From assembly GCA_038087875.1 (NCBI GenBank), contig JAXLNO010000341.1, positions 186,001 through 230,195 on the forward strand: DNA of 44,195 nucleotides. Reading direction: 5' to 3'. Position numbers and translations under genes: made by a program. The notes beneath the pieces were generated by a model, which saw only the letters and a program-made list of their open reading frames with translations, was not told where the DNA came from and searched no databases. Positions within the stretch are counted from its first letter, which is position 1. Every line of letters begins with the position of its first letter. Below, piece after piece: positions 24,130 through 35,790 of the stretch. Source of the stretch: Malacoraja senta. Its lineage: Eukaryota.

Positions 24130-25210
24130 TAGTAACCCATCTGGACCAAGCTTGCAACTATTTCTGATCAACAGGAAGTCTCGAGTGCCATGGACCAGCT
24201 TAGACATAACAACGTGTCGGGAGTAGATGGTATCCCTGTAGACATCTTAAAACTGGGCAGTGAGGAGGTTTAGTCATGAATCCACAACCTCTTCACTACA
24301 TTCAGAAAGAGGAGGATATTCCATAGCCCCTCAACGATGGTGTGGTAATGACCAATTTCAAGAAAGGAGGCAAATCTAATTGTGCTAACAATAGAAGGAT
24401 TTCTATGCACGCACCACAAAGAAAGATGTCGCCAGGATCCTCTTCAACTGCCTCCACCTGATGGTTGAAGTCACCATAGAACCATTCCTTTGAGGTCACA
24501 CTAGACATGACCTTCACCACAAGTACAATACATGATGCATGGCCTTTGCCAACATCACTGTCATTTCAATGGTTCAATGGTACTTTATTACCTTTAACGA
24601 AGTACAGTGGAATTCCTTTTTTTTGCATACAGTTCAGTAAAAATCTTACTATACATGGGCACAATCATACTCAAGTACAAGTGCAAGATTAATAGATTAC
24701 ACTGAGGCACTACAGAAGAGACGCCATGTTTCTGACACCAACTTGTACCCTTCAATTTCAAAAGTTGTTGACGATGTTCGAGACTTAACTTGGGCATTAA
24801 GACCCTCCGCGGCACTGGGATACAATTGCAGGGACGGCCTAGTAAGGCTCTGCGCTCTGAGCTGCTGCAGACTGTGTCCCATACACACGCTCAACGACTC
24901 TGATCTAATCAGAGCGTGGAACTCCCTCCACAAATCTGATTGCCTGCAGAAATTCTCCGCCATCTTATGCTTTCTACATGGTGGCATGCAAGCCATGATA
25001 TACACACTGACACCGGCTTGCAAGAGAACCATTCTCGGTGAAGAATCATGTCAAACGAGGCTGTCTCGCTGCCTCAACACTTTTATCAATCTTCATCTTT
25101 CCACCAAGTTGAATTCCACCTCCAACAGTTTTCCTGTGAAAATGAACCTCATCTTTAGAACCAATTGGAAGCTGTTCAACCAGTGCCAATTATGCTCCAG
25201 ATGCAAGATT
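24130..25210 (+). mobile_element. Highly decayed RTE-clade LINE RT
   Basis: GVDGIPVDILK, FKKGGKSNCANNRRIS and KSDCLQKFSAILCFLHGGMQA resemble RTE RT motifs. Confidence 0.7.
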
Positions 25211-25224
25211 ATTAAAGTAAACAA

Positions 25225-25360
25225 TACTTGCTTTCATGCATGTTTTATGTATCATTCCTAACTGTCACTGTATGCCATGTTGTCACTTGTGGGTGGAGCA
25301 CCAAGGCAAATTTCTTGTATGTGAATACTTGGCCAATAAACTTTTTCATTCATTCATTCA
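25225..25360 (+). mobile_element. Rex1-type 3' tail
   Basis: near copy of 5510-5640. Confidence 0.8.
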
Positions 25361-25533
25361 GAGGTTGAAATCTAAGCCATCATTAATGCATTTAGTAAAC
25401 TATATAATGGATGGGACTGACATTCAAAGATTTCAAATCAAAGGTTATCTACCAACTTGGTCCTTCTGCACCACATTGCCCTCTGGCAATAATGTTCAAG
25501 GCAACCCCTGACTAGATGTTCCTCTACCTATTG

Positions 25534-25954
25534 TTGTAGGAAGGAACTGCAGATGCTGGTTTAAACCGAAGACAGACACAAAATGCTGGAGTAACTCAAT
25601 GAGACAGGCAGCATCTCTGGAGAAAAGGAATGCATGACGTTTCGGGTCGAGACCCTTCTTCAGTCTGAGAGTCAGGGGAAAGTGAAACGAGAGATATAAA
25701 CGGTGAAGTAGAGAGATAGAGAACAAAATGAATGAAAGATATGCAAAATAAGTGACGATGATAAAGGGAACAGGCCATTGTTAACTGTTTGCTAAGTGAG
25801 AATGTGAAGCTGGTCCAACTTGGGTGGGGGAGGGATGGAGAGAAGGAATGGGTGACGTATCAGTCTGAAGAAGGGTCTCGACCCGAACCGCCACCCATTC
25901 CTTCTCTCCCGAGATGCTGCCTGTCCCGCATTGTTACATTTTGTGTCTATCTTC
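25534..25954. mobile_element. Penelope pLTR (minus) plus inverted half; perfect hammerhead core at 25636-25663
   Basis: 25580-25840 is the reverse complement of 4840-5110; 13-bp TSD cctctacctattg at 25521-25533 and 25955-25967. Confidence 0.9.
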
Positions 25955-26489
25955 CCTCTACCTATTGATAGCTTCCCCCAATCAACCTCTGTAAGACCCT
26001 TTCAAATGTCATCAAAAGTAACTTTGCCCCAATTTGTGGACCAGTACTATCGCTTTCCAGAACTTTTAAAACTAATAGAATTATGACCATGCATCAACAA
26101 GATGGTGGATACTGTAAACCTATTTTCTACAGTGAGAGTATCCAGAACAAGATCAGCGGTCTGCCTTTAAGAAGAGTAATCCGGATGTACAAAGGGTAAT
26201 AGAAATCTGCACGGCTTCCTCACAAAAGTTCACATTAAACTTTCAGGTCGAAGATCTGATGGATTTCTGCTTGGGTTGAATATCAAAAGGTCAGAAGCAA
26301 AAACGCGCACGTGTGTTTAAGGTGCCGATCATCCACAATTTCAATGAATACTGCTTCAGTTCTGAGATGTTTCTGTTTGTTGGAATTTACATTCATTTAT
26401 CCTCCCCTTTTTTCCACAGTTGCTCTCCTTTACAACAATAATGGTCAAGACAGATGCACAACTCGACATAGGATAGAGGGATACAAAAC

Positions 26490-26810
26490 ATTTTTAGTTT
26501 CAGTTTTAGTTTTAGAGATACAGCGTGGAAACCAGCCCTTCCCCCTTCCGAGCCCGGACTGACCAGTGACCCCCGCACATTAACACCACTCTACACACAC
26601 TAAGGACAATTTTACATTTACCCATAGCCAATCAACCTACAAACCTGCACGTCTTTGGAGTGTGGGTGGAAACCGAAGATCTCAGATAAAACCCACGCAG
26701 CTCACAGGGAGAATGTTCAAAATCTGTACAGTCAGCACCCGTAGTCAGGATCAAACCTGGATCTCGTGCTGTAAGGGAGTAGCTCAACTGCTACGCTTCC
26801 ATGCCGCAGC
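26490..26810 (-). mobile_element. V-SINE (HE1-like)
   Basis: V-domain and tail on the minus strand. Confidence 0.88.
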
Positions 26811-28039
26811 CATGTGCAGGCAGATAGGATTTGGTTGGCACCATGTTTGACGTGGACATGGTGGTCTAAAGCCCCCAGCCTGTGCTGTTCTATGTTCTAT
26901 GCTGGAAGTGATGTCCTGCCTAGTCCTTTCTCAATGATACCTCAATTGACAATGGTGTTACAATTAATCTAGGAAGTGCTCTTGATATGAAAGAAATCAT
27001 TGTTTTAACTCAACCACTATTTAAATGGAATGTTTATTTTTATTATCAGATGGTAAAATGGGTGTTTAAATGTAGGATGATTTTTACAAAAATATTCATA
27101 TTCCAGTAGTACATTATTTTTATTCTTGATACAGCTTCATAATTGAAAATCACCCTTTGAAAAGCAAATGAATAAGAACTATGCAACAAGTAACAAGAGA
27201 ATAACAATAAATACAATATTTATCACTGAGTGTGGAATTTCCTTTGTGGAACATAGCGTGCATAAATATTTCCCATTCTTTGATTAACTTGTAATGTTTT
27301 TTTAAATCAAAAAGATATTGAAATTCTGTAACATGATTGAAAATCCTACCAAGTTTTCTCAGATAGTAATTAAATAGTTTCAGCAGAGTCTTCTCTGAGA
27401 TGTAATAGTTTGACAGCTAGAAAAACACTTTTGCAAACATGGTCTTGAAGACAAAATGGTTTTCATTTATACGAGGAGTAGCTAATATCTTGAAGTTTGA
27501 GCCAGACGAGTTGGTGGAATCAGATGGAATTATTACATTTAAGATGCCTTTAGACACACATTTAAAATTGCAAGGCAAAGAAGGCATTCAGTCTTGTTGC
27601 AGGAAAATGGAATTTGCACAGATGAGATGAAAGCTCGGCATGCAAATTGTGGGCTGAAGGGCCTGACTCTATGACTAAGAATTCGGTTGAATTCCAAAAC
27701 CCCTACTTTCAATTTCTGCATCTCCACCGCACAGCCAACACATTGCCCTTAACAATCCTTTCTGTTACTTCATCAAATATAAAATAATTTATAGTCCCCA
27801 AAACAAAGTTACCATAAGAGCTGAACAACATGGTTTCACGGCTAAGCAACAGCGAGCAGAGAGGACCTGGGGAATGAATGCTTCTCTTGGTGTAACGGCA
27901 ATTAAAACGGCAAACTAAAACTCGAAATCTCTGAGTCTGCGCTAGCCTCTCCAGATGTAGACACACCCCACTACGTATCAAAACCCACCAACCAGTGTAC
28001 ATACAGATAAGAACTAGAAATATCTAGACATGATTATAA

Positions 28040-28470
28040 TATACTGACAATTATAAATGGCTCCTACACTTGGGTTGGAGGAAGATTAATAAATGTTACC
28101 TAGGGAGTAGACCATTGCTTCTTTTGACCTGCATTAATGAGTTAGACATGTTGGTCCCAGCCATAATTTCTATATTAGCAGATAACACTAAAACTGAAAA
28201 TATGATAAATTGTGAGGGAGAAAATGATAGCTCACAGCAGGATGTTGACAGCCTGGTGGAATGGGCAAAATAAATTTAATGAGAAAAATTGTGAGTCGAT
28301 GCATTTAGGTTGGAAGCCTGAGGAGAGACAAGATATAATAAAGGATACTCTTCCAAATGAAATGGAGGATTATGGGTGCACAAATCATTGAATGTTTGCT
28401 GGTCAGATTGATAAAGCAATAAACAAGGCATATTTAACTATGGGCTTTATGGACATACAAAGGCATTTGA
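28040..28470 (+). mobile_element. Old CR1 RT fragment
   Basis: PLLLLTCINELD...ISILADNTK...QQDVDSLVEWAK. Confidence 0.75.
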
Positions 28471-28486
28471 TAAAGTGCCTCATAAT

Positions 28487-29345
28487 AGGGTGGCATCGTG
28501 GCATAGCAGTAGAGTCGCTGCCTTAAGGGCCTGTCCCACGGGCATGCGACTCCATGCGGCAAGCGCGACCTAACCGCAAGCGGGGGCCGTGCGGGGGCCG
28601 CGCGGAGGTCGCGGGGCCGGTCCCACTTCGATCGCCGGAGCTGTATGGAGTTGTGCGGAGCTGGTCCCGACATCGTGCGGGGCTCCGAAAAACTGACACT
28701 GTTCAAAAATTCCGTGCGGCAATGGCCTGCCGCCCCGCAGCCTCATCGACAGCCGTGCGCACCGCCTCAACGCCAAACGCAGCCGCCTCGAGGCCGTGCG
28801 CACCGCCTCGACGCCGGATGCAGCTGCATCGAGGCCGAGCGCACCGCCTCGCCGCTGTATGCACCGTCTTGACGGCCCCCACTTCTGATTTCGTAGCGCT
28901 TGCCGCATGCTGGTGGGACCGGCCCTGTACGGGGATCACTCAACCTCCGCGCAGCCCCCGCTTGCTGATAGGTCGCGCTTGCCGCATGGAGTTGCATGCC
29001 CGTGGGACAGGCCCTTTACAATGCCAGAGACTACGGGTGCTGTCTGTACGGAGTTTGAACGTTCTCCCCATGACCTGCGTGGGCTTTATCCCAGTGCTCC
29101 GGTTTCCTCCCACACTCCAAAGACAGATTTGTAGGTTAATTGGTTTGGAATAATTGTAAACTGTCCCCAGTGTGTGTAGGATAGCTTACCTACGACCTCC
29201 TACGACCTCGTGACGACCATGCTGCGAGTATGAGTCAAGGGCAAACTTGGCAGAGGTCATATTAGGTCATGAAAGTGGAACAGGCCCTTGCAGGGATCGC
29301 TGGTTAGTGCGGACTCAGTGGGCCTGTTTCTGCACTGTATCTCTA
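28487..29345 (+). mobile_element. V-SINE carrying two nested MITE insertions
   Basis: head at 28487-28525 resumes at 29016; tail at 29290-29345. Confidence 0.85.
28526..29015. mobile_element. Intact PIF/Harbinger-type MITE (490 bp)
   Basis: 47-bp TIR starting AGGGCCTGTCCCAC with one mismatch; TTA TSD at 28523-28525 and 29016-29018. Confidence 0.9.
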
Positions 29346-29404
29346 GCTTATAAAAAGGAAGTTATGCTGACATGATAAATTAGTAAAAAAAAATGTTTGA
29401 TTGC

Positions 29405-30002
29405 CAAGTAAGTAAGTAAGGAAGTAAGTAAGCAAGTTTATTGGCCAAGTGTTCACATACAAGGAATTTGCCTTGGTGCTCCGCCCACAAGTAATAACAT
29501 GACATACAGTGACAGTCACAAATGACTCAGAAAACACTAAACATTAATAATAATAAAACATTAATGATAAAACACCAATGATCAAGCATGTGAACCAACA
29601 AAATACCAGATCAAAGGGAGGCTACAGATTTTTGGCTGCTGAGTAGAGCAACTACTCGTGGATAAAAACTGTTTTTATGTCTGGCTGTGGCAGCTTTGAC
29701 AATCCGGTGTCGCTTTCCAGAGGGAAGTGATTCAAAGAGTTTGTGGCCAGGGTGAGAGGGGTCAGAGATGATCTTGCCCGCTGGCTTCCTGGCCATTGCA
29801 GTGTACAGTTCATCAATGGAGGGAAGGTTGCAGCCAATGACCTTCTCTGCTGATCGGACGATTCGCTGCAGCCTCCAGTTGTCGTGCTTGGTGGCTGAGC
29901 CAAACCAGACCATGGTGGAGAAGGTGAGAACAGACTCTACGATGGCTGTGTAGAATTGGACCATCCTTGCATGTGGCAGATTGTGCTTCCTCAGCTGCCG
30001 TA
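29405..30002 (-). mobile_element. Rex1-type LINE 3' fragment with (TTAC)n tail
   Basis: LRQLRKHNLP...FYTAIVESVLTF..VWFG...DPSHPGHKLFE.LPSGKR. Confidence 0.9.
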
Positions 30003-30034
30003 ATGTACTCACTAAACAAAAGGACACTAAACAA

Positions 30035-30430
30035 CAGTCTGAAGAAGGGTCTCGACCCGAAATGTCACCTATCCATGTTCTCCAGAGATGCTGCCTGACC
30101 TGCTGAGTTATTCCAGCACTTTTCTGTATGAACCAGCATCTGCAGTTCTTTGTTTCTACTCAAAATACAAAACTAGCACAATGGCAATAATTTCACAACA
30201 ATTGATATTAAAATGGATTGTTCCTTGGCCTAAAAGTCCTAATGTGCTGGATTAACTCAATGGGTCAGCTAGCATCTGTGGAGGGAATGGATTGGCAAGG
30301 TTTCAGGCCAGGACCCTTCTTGAGACTGTCCATTCCCTTGCCTATCCATTCCCTCCACAAATGTTACCTGACCCGCCGAGTTACTTTGTGTTTTGCTCAG
30401 GATTCCAGCATTGCAGTTCCTTGTTTCTCC
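30035..30430. mobile_element. Two Penelope-derived elements (about 30035-30160 and 30230-30430)
   Basis: ctgaagaagggtctcgacccgaaatgtc at 30039-30066; decayed palindrome downstream. Confidence 0.75.
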
Positions 30431-31289
30431 ATTGTTCCTTGTCCTATTTTCTCAGATGCCAGATGTCCATTTTTCATCATTGTTATCAATTCACACATTC
30501 AGCAACATATCATGTTTAAAAGTGCAAGGGCAAGTACAGTGAAAGTTGAGCTTAACGGGATACACAGTCATGCATGGTGAATCATAGTCTGTTTTGTTTC
30601 ATTATTGTAGCTCAGAATTTATCAGCATTTGAACCAGTTCCAATGAAAGTTCTTTGACCTCAAAGGAAACTCTGTTTCTTTCTCTGCAGCCATAGCTGAA
30701 CTGTTGAGTCTAATAAAGCAACTTAGCTCCTTAATGTTTGAATTAAAAAATCTATCTGGGGGTCATTCTTCACATTCTCAAATCTATGCACCGCTTGATA
30801 ATATGATTTGGATTTCCCTAGAAAATTCTCTGGGTCAGATATTTAAAAAGAGTCACAACAAATCGCCCAGGATATTTGATAATTCAATCTTAACAGAAGA
30901 TAATTAGCGACGGTCTATGCCTACAGCATCAACACAAAGGGCATGCAAATGGATTTATGTTTAAATAGAATTTATGTTTTATTTTCTTTCAAGTAGTGTT
31001 TCTGCGTTCTAAGTTCTGATTATGATACAATATTACTTTATTTATCCCAGGAGGGAAATTGATCCAAGTATCCAAGATTGATCCAAGATTGCCGATGTAT
31101 ACGGGCTTGCTGCAAAGCTGAATGAGGGACACCAGAGGTTAATGATCTCAATCCTGGATATGGGTTGCCACTCTCTCCCTCCTCATCATTCCCTGATGAG
31201 AGCTGCTGCCATGGTTCTTCCATCCACACATTTGACACATGGCTTTGGGCATCACCACCCCAGAGGTTATAATTGTACCACAACCAGAT

Positions 31290-31522
31290 AGCAGTGCTGA
31301 ACTACTATCTACCTCTTTGGTGACTCTCAGACTATCCTTGATCGGACTTTGCTGGCTTTACCTTGCACTAAACATTATTCCCTTATCATGTATCTATACA
31401 CTGTAAGTGGATCGATTGTAATCATGTATTGTCTTTCTGCTGACTGGTTAGCATGCAACAAAAGCTTTTCACTGTACCCTGGTACACGTGACAATAAACT
31501 AAACTGAAACTGAACTGAACTG
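31290..31522 (+). mobile_element. Rex-type LINE 3' UTR and tail with (ctgaa)n
   Basis: ttttcactgtaccctggtacacgtgacaataaac. Confidence 0.8.
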
Positions 31523-33579
31523 TATGATCATCGGGTAGGAAGCAAGCTTTTAAGTCAGATGCATGTCTCAGCATCACTTGACTGACTCAAAATGGATAAT
31601 TATCAGTGATACTTGACCAACTTGAATAAAAAACAATGTCTGAAGGCTCAGCATTCTTCTATCAGAATCATTTGGGTCCATTTGTGATTAAACTTGGTGT
31701 CATTGCATAACCTCCAATGTATTGCCATAGGAGACCAAATTAGAAGTTTTCATGAGAAAACGTGATTTTCAACTGAGTACTTACACCTCATTCAACACCG
31801 CCTTTATTACTTAGCTGCTTTCGTAGGCTTGGTGTAGAAAAATCAGCAAAATTATTTCTTGATTTCTTAGCTCTCAGTGTGACCACATTTCAAAATCACA
31901 TCAGTGGCTACGAGGCAAATGGAGCATTCTGAAGGGACGTGAGGTGCTCTGTAAATGCAGCCATTCTATACTTATTACAGTATTTTTCAAGACTAATCTT
32001 AATTTGAGGCAAATTTAATTTTAATTTAATTAATTACATTTAATCTTTAATTTGAGGCATGGTCTTGCCTACACTGAATTGAGTATTCGTAAAGCTGTAG
32101 AATGGCTGTTCTGGGACCTTGAGCATCATCATTTATGTGTGTGTGTGTGTGATTTTGTTATGATGACAAAAATCTCTGCATTGCCATCAGACTTACAAGG
32201 GCAGGTTGCAAACTCCCCTGCACGCTGAATTCCAAAGGCCTATAGCTACACCTAGTGATGGAAACTTGATTGTTTAAGGCAAAGGCTTCATATAAACAAT
32301 TTTCATCCAGCTTGGCCCCGAGACTGTACTTACTTCATTGCAGGTGAGAGGAGGTTAATCCACAGTCACAACTAGTCGAGGACCAAACATTAGATGTGAC
32401 CTTGTTTTTTTTATTGTGCAAGACTTTAGATTAAAAAAAGAAAGATGATTCATTTCAAGTGGTCTGTCAGCACCACCTGCATCGATATCAAATTCACCAG
32501 TCTTGCCCTTGTGATATTTAAGAATGAATTACCCTTGTTTAACCAAACAAAATAACATTTTCATTTGGATTTACTTATTTTCAAAGCATTTATTTCATTT
32601 TTTCAGTCTTAATGAATTTTGCTCTGGTGGCTTGACCTGATGTTGATTTTTTCAATCTTTGTTTGACCAGACTTGATAACTGCTGAACTCCCAGTAGGTT
32701 TGCAGCCCTAAGCACCCTGCAGTGCGAGAGTTAGGACCACGGCAGTGGTTTACCTTTTATTATTTTCTTAATCTTACGGTGCAATAGCAAAGAAAGAGGT
32801 CAAGTGTGTGATTGCTAACTTAACCTTCCTGCTGAACAGTAATTCAACCAAAATCAGAAACCCATCTGCACCATAAATGCGCGATTTTAGTTTAAAATGT
32901 TGTTTTAAACCTCTCATTGATTTTTATGTGAACAAATTGGAAAAAGTATTTAGAAATAAAGCAATTGCAGCATCTTAGTAAAAAACTTTAGCAGGATTAC
33001 TGTCATTCTTTACGATATATTTCACAGCATTATCTCTGTATCAGACATGTTTCCAGGGGTATTCCCGGTGAATAGAATGACACGAATAGACTCTTATACC
33101 TTATTGTAATATTTTTTGGGCTGCAAGTGGAGTGATTTGTGAGACTAGAAATGGGGTGATATTAGCAGCGATTGTATAAAGATCAGATTTCTCTCTCTCT
33201 GTTTGGATTGAAGGTAAAATCCTTACTTTGACATGAATGGATTAGGCAGTCATATGTCAACATTGTCAATTGGAAGATGTAAGCCGGTCAGGAAATGCAT
33301 AGTATCATTCCCTGAGGAGTAGATCCTCTTATTGTGATTAGATTCACGGCAGCCTTCTAGACTCAACATTCAATTCCACAATTTTGCCCCCTCACCTCCA
33401 CTAAATTCATTTCTTCTTTCTTTACCCCGTCCCGTTCCATTACACTTTTGCTGTGTCCCATTATTCCTTCTCCTGCCTTCCACCTTATCTCCTTATATTT
33501 TTCCTCTTTTCTACTTTTCAAGTACGAGAGTGTTTATTTATCTTATGTACTGGATATGAACTGGAACAATGGAATTCTT

Positions 33580-33925
33580 GTGTAGGAGGGAACTGCAGAT
33601 GCTGGTTTACACTGAGGATAGACACAAAATGCAGGTCAGGCAGCATCTCTGGAGAAAAGGAACGGACGACGTTTCGGGTCTGAAGAAAGGTTTCGACCCG
33701 AAAGGTCATCTATTCCTTTTCTCCAGAGATGCTGCCTGACCCACTTTTATGTTTATCTACAATTAAATTCTTATTTGCTGCTGCTTTACAGGGACATATG
33801 ATGTAGCAACAACAATCACAATTTAATGTAAGATAGACACAAACTGCTGGCATAACTCAGAGGGACAGGCAGCATCTCTGGAGAGAAGGAATGTGTGACG
33901 TTTCAGGTGGAGACTCTTCATATTC
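33580..33925. mobile_element. Two Penelope-derived elements
   Basis: family motifs at 33580-33760 and 33830-33925. Confidence 0.75.
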
Positions 33926-33959
33926 AAAATATAATATATTTTTTAGCTCTTCTATTAAC

Positions 33960-35455
33960 TGAAGAAAGATAGCGCAAAAACAAAATATGTAGAGCAACCT
34001 TAGTATTACAAAGACCACAGTGCTGAGGTAGGGTTGTGCTCAGGTTGTGTAGGGTGGTGGGAGGAAGCTATTCTTGAACCTGGAGATAACAGTTCTCAGG
34101 CTTCTCTACCTACTTCCCGATGGTGGCATCAAGATGAGAAGATGACCAGGGCGGTGCGGGTCTTTGATGATATCAGCTGCCTTCTCAGGGCAATGCTTTT
34201 TGTAGATCCCTTTGGTGGTGGGGAGGTCAATACCTGTGATGTACTTGCCACATCATACACTCCTGCAGCCTCCTGCATTCCTTGAGCATTCGAATTTCCA
34301 AACGAGGCCATTATGCAACCAGTCCATAAGCTCGGCACCGTACACTTGTGGAATCACTTTCTACATACTTTAAACAAATGCCTTTGGAATTTTTTAAAAC
34401 TATGTCCTTTATATACATTTATATCGGGTATCCTCGTCAGTCTTACCATCTCCAAGGAAAATCCAAGTTTATCCTGTCTCTCCGTATAACTAAAACACTC
34501 CAACACAATTAACATTCTGATGAACCTCTTCTGCACCCTCTCCAGTGCATCACAACTTTCCTATGACAACCAGAACTACACACATTAATCCATCTCCTCA
34601 AATTTCTGAGGAATTAAAGAACTTAGTGAGCTTCCTTGAGATTGGGCCCAGGACAGATCTTCAACAATGTGCACGGCCAGGAATTTGAATCTGTTGTCTC
34701 ACTTCTCCTCTGTCCTACAAGTGAAGACAGGTGTATGGACCCTCAGCTTTCCAAACTTCCAAACTCCTGGACCTAGGAATTCATCTCTAAACTCCTGGAC
34801 CTAGGAATCAACACCCCCCCACTGCCACAGGATCCTCGACTTTCTGACCCACAGCCCACAACCAGTGAGGATAGGTGACAACACTTCCGGTACAATTATT
34901 CTCAACAACAGTGCTCCACAAGGATGCATTCTCAGTCGCCCGCTTTACTCCCTATACACTCACGACCAGGTGCGGCCAAGCTCAGCTCCAATTCCATTTG
35001 CAGGTTTGAAGATGACACCACAGTGGTGGGCCGGATTGCGAACAATGATGAGATCGAGTAGAGAAAGAAGAAAGAGAACTTAATAACATGGTCTCAGGAC
35101 AGCAACCTCTTCCTCAATGTCAGCAAGACAAAGTAGCTAGTTATCAACTTCAGGAAGCATGGTGGTGTACATACCCTAATCAGCATCAATGTTGCTGACG
35201 TGGAAATAGTTGAGAGTTTTAAATTCCTTGGCGTTGATATTACCAACGATCTGTTGTGGATATCAGCTGCCTTCTCAGGGCAATGCTTTTTGTAGATCCC
35301 TTTGGTGGTGGGGAGGTCACCAACCAAAGAAAACCTTTTGTTGCGTGCTAACCAGTCAGCGGAAAGATAATACATGAATATAATCCACAATGTACAGGTA
35401 CATGATAAGGGAATAATGTTTAGTTCAAGATAAAGCAAGTAAAGTCTGATCAAAC
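33960..35455. mobile_element. Mosaic of decayed LINE fragments (Rex minus, CR1 minus, Rex RT plus, Rex tail minus)
   Basis: 34750-35255 parallels 2150-2590 (APQGCILS.PLYSLYTHD); QKRFIRML...SY.ER.DKLG CR1 motif. Confidence 0.7.
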
Positions 35456-35735
35456 TGTGTAGGAAAGAACTGCAGATGCTGGTTTAAATTGAAGATTTAA
35501 AGGGATCTTGAAGGGGGGTAGGGGGTAAGGATTGAAGGGGGGTAAGCCACTCCTTGGATCATCCCCCTCGCCGAGTGAAGGACAGGGGACTGGTCTGCCA
35601 CGGGGTTTCCAGTCGACCCTGGATTTAGTGCTCTCGAGGTGTGTGTGTGGGGTGCTCTCGTTGTAAGCATTAAAGTCTGCTAATTGAACCCGTCTGGCAT
35701 CTGGCCTTTTACTGACCTCGTTCAGGCCGCTACAC

Positions 35736-35753
35736 TGGTGACCCCGACGTGAT
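35736..35753 (+). promoter_or_regulatory. tRNA-Trp primer-binding site
   Basis: TGGTGACCCCGACGTGAT, exact tRNA-Trp 3' complement. Confidence 0.95.
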
Positions 35754-35790
35754 GGATGGCGTGGGTCACCAGTGTAGCGGCCTGAACAAG

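Noticed and set aside
27812..27865. 54-nt minus-strand exon-like segment (GPLCSLLLSRETMLFSSYG)
   Set aside because: Weak polypyrimidine tract, adjacent to decayed CR1, no recognisable product
28554..29153. 199-aa GC-rich ORF
   Set aside because: Spans a MITE and SINE; long ORFs are expected in GC-rich sequence; no domain recognised
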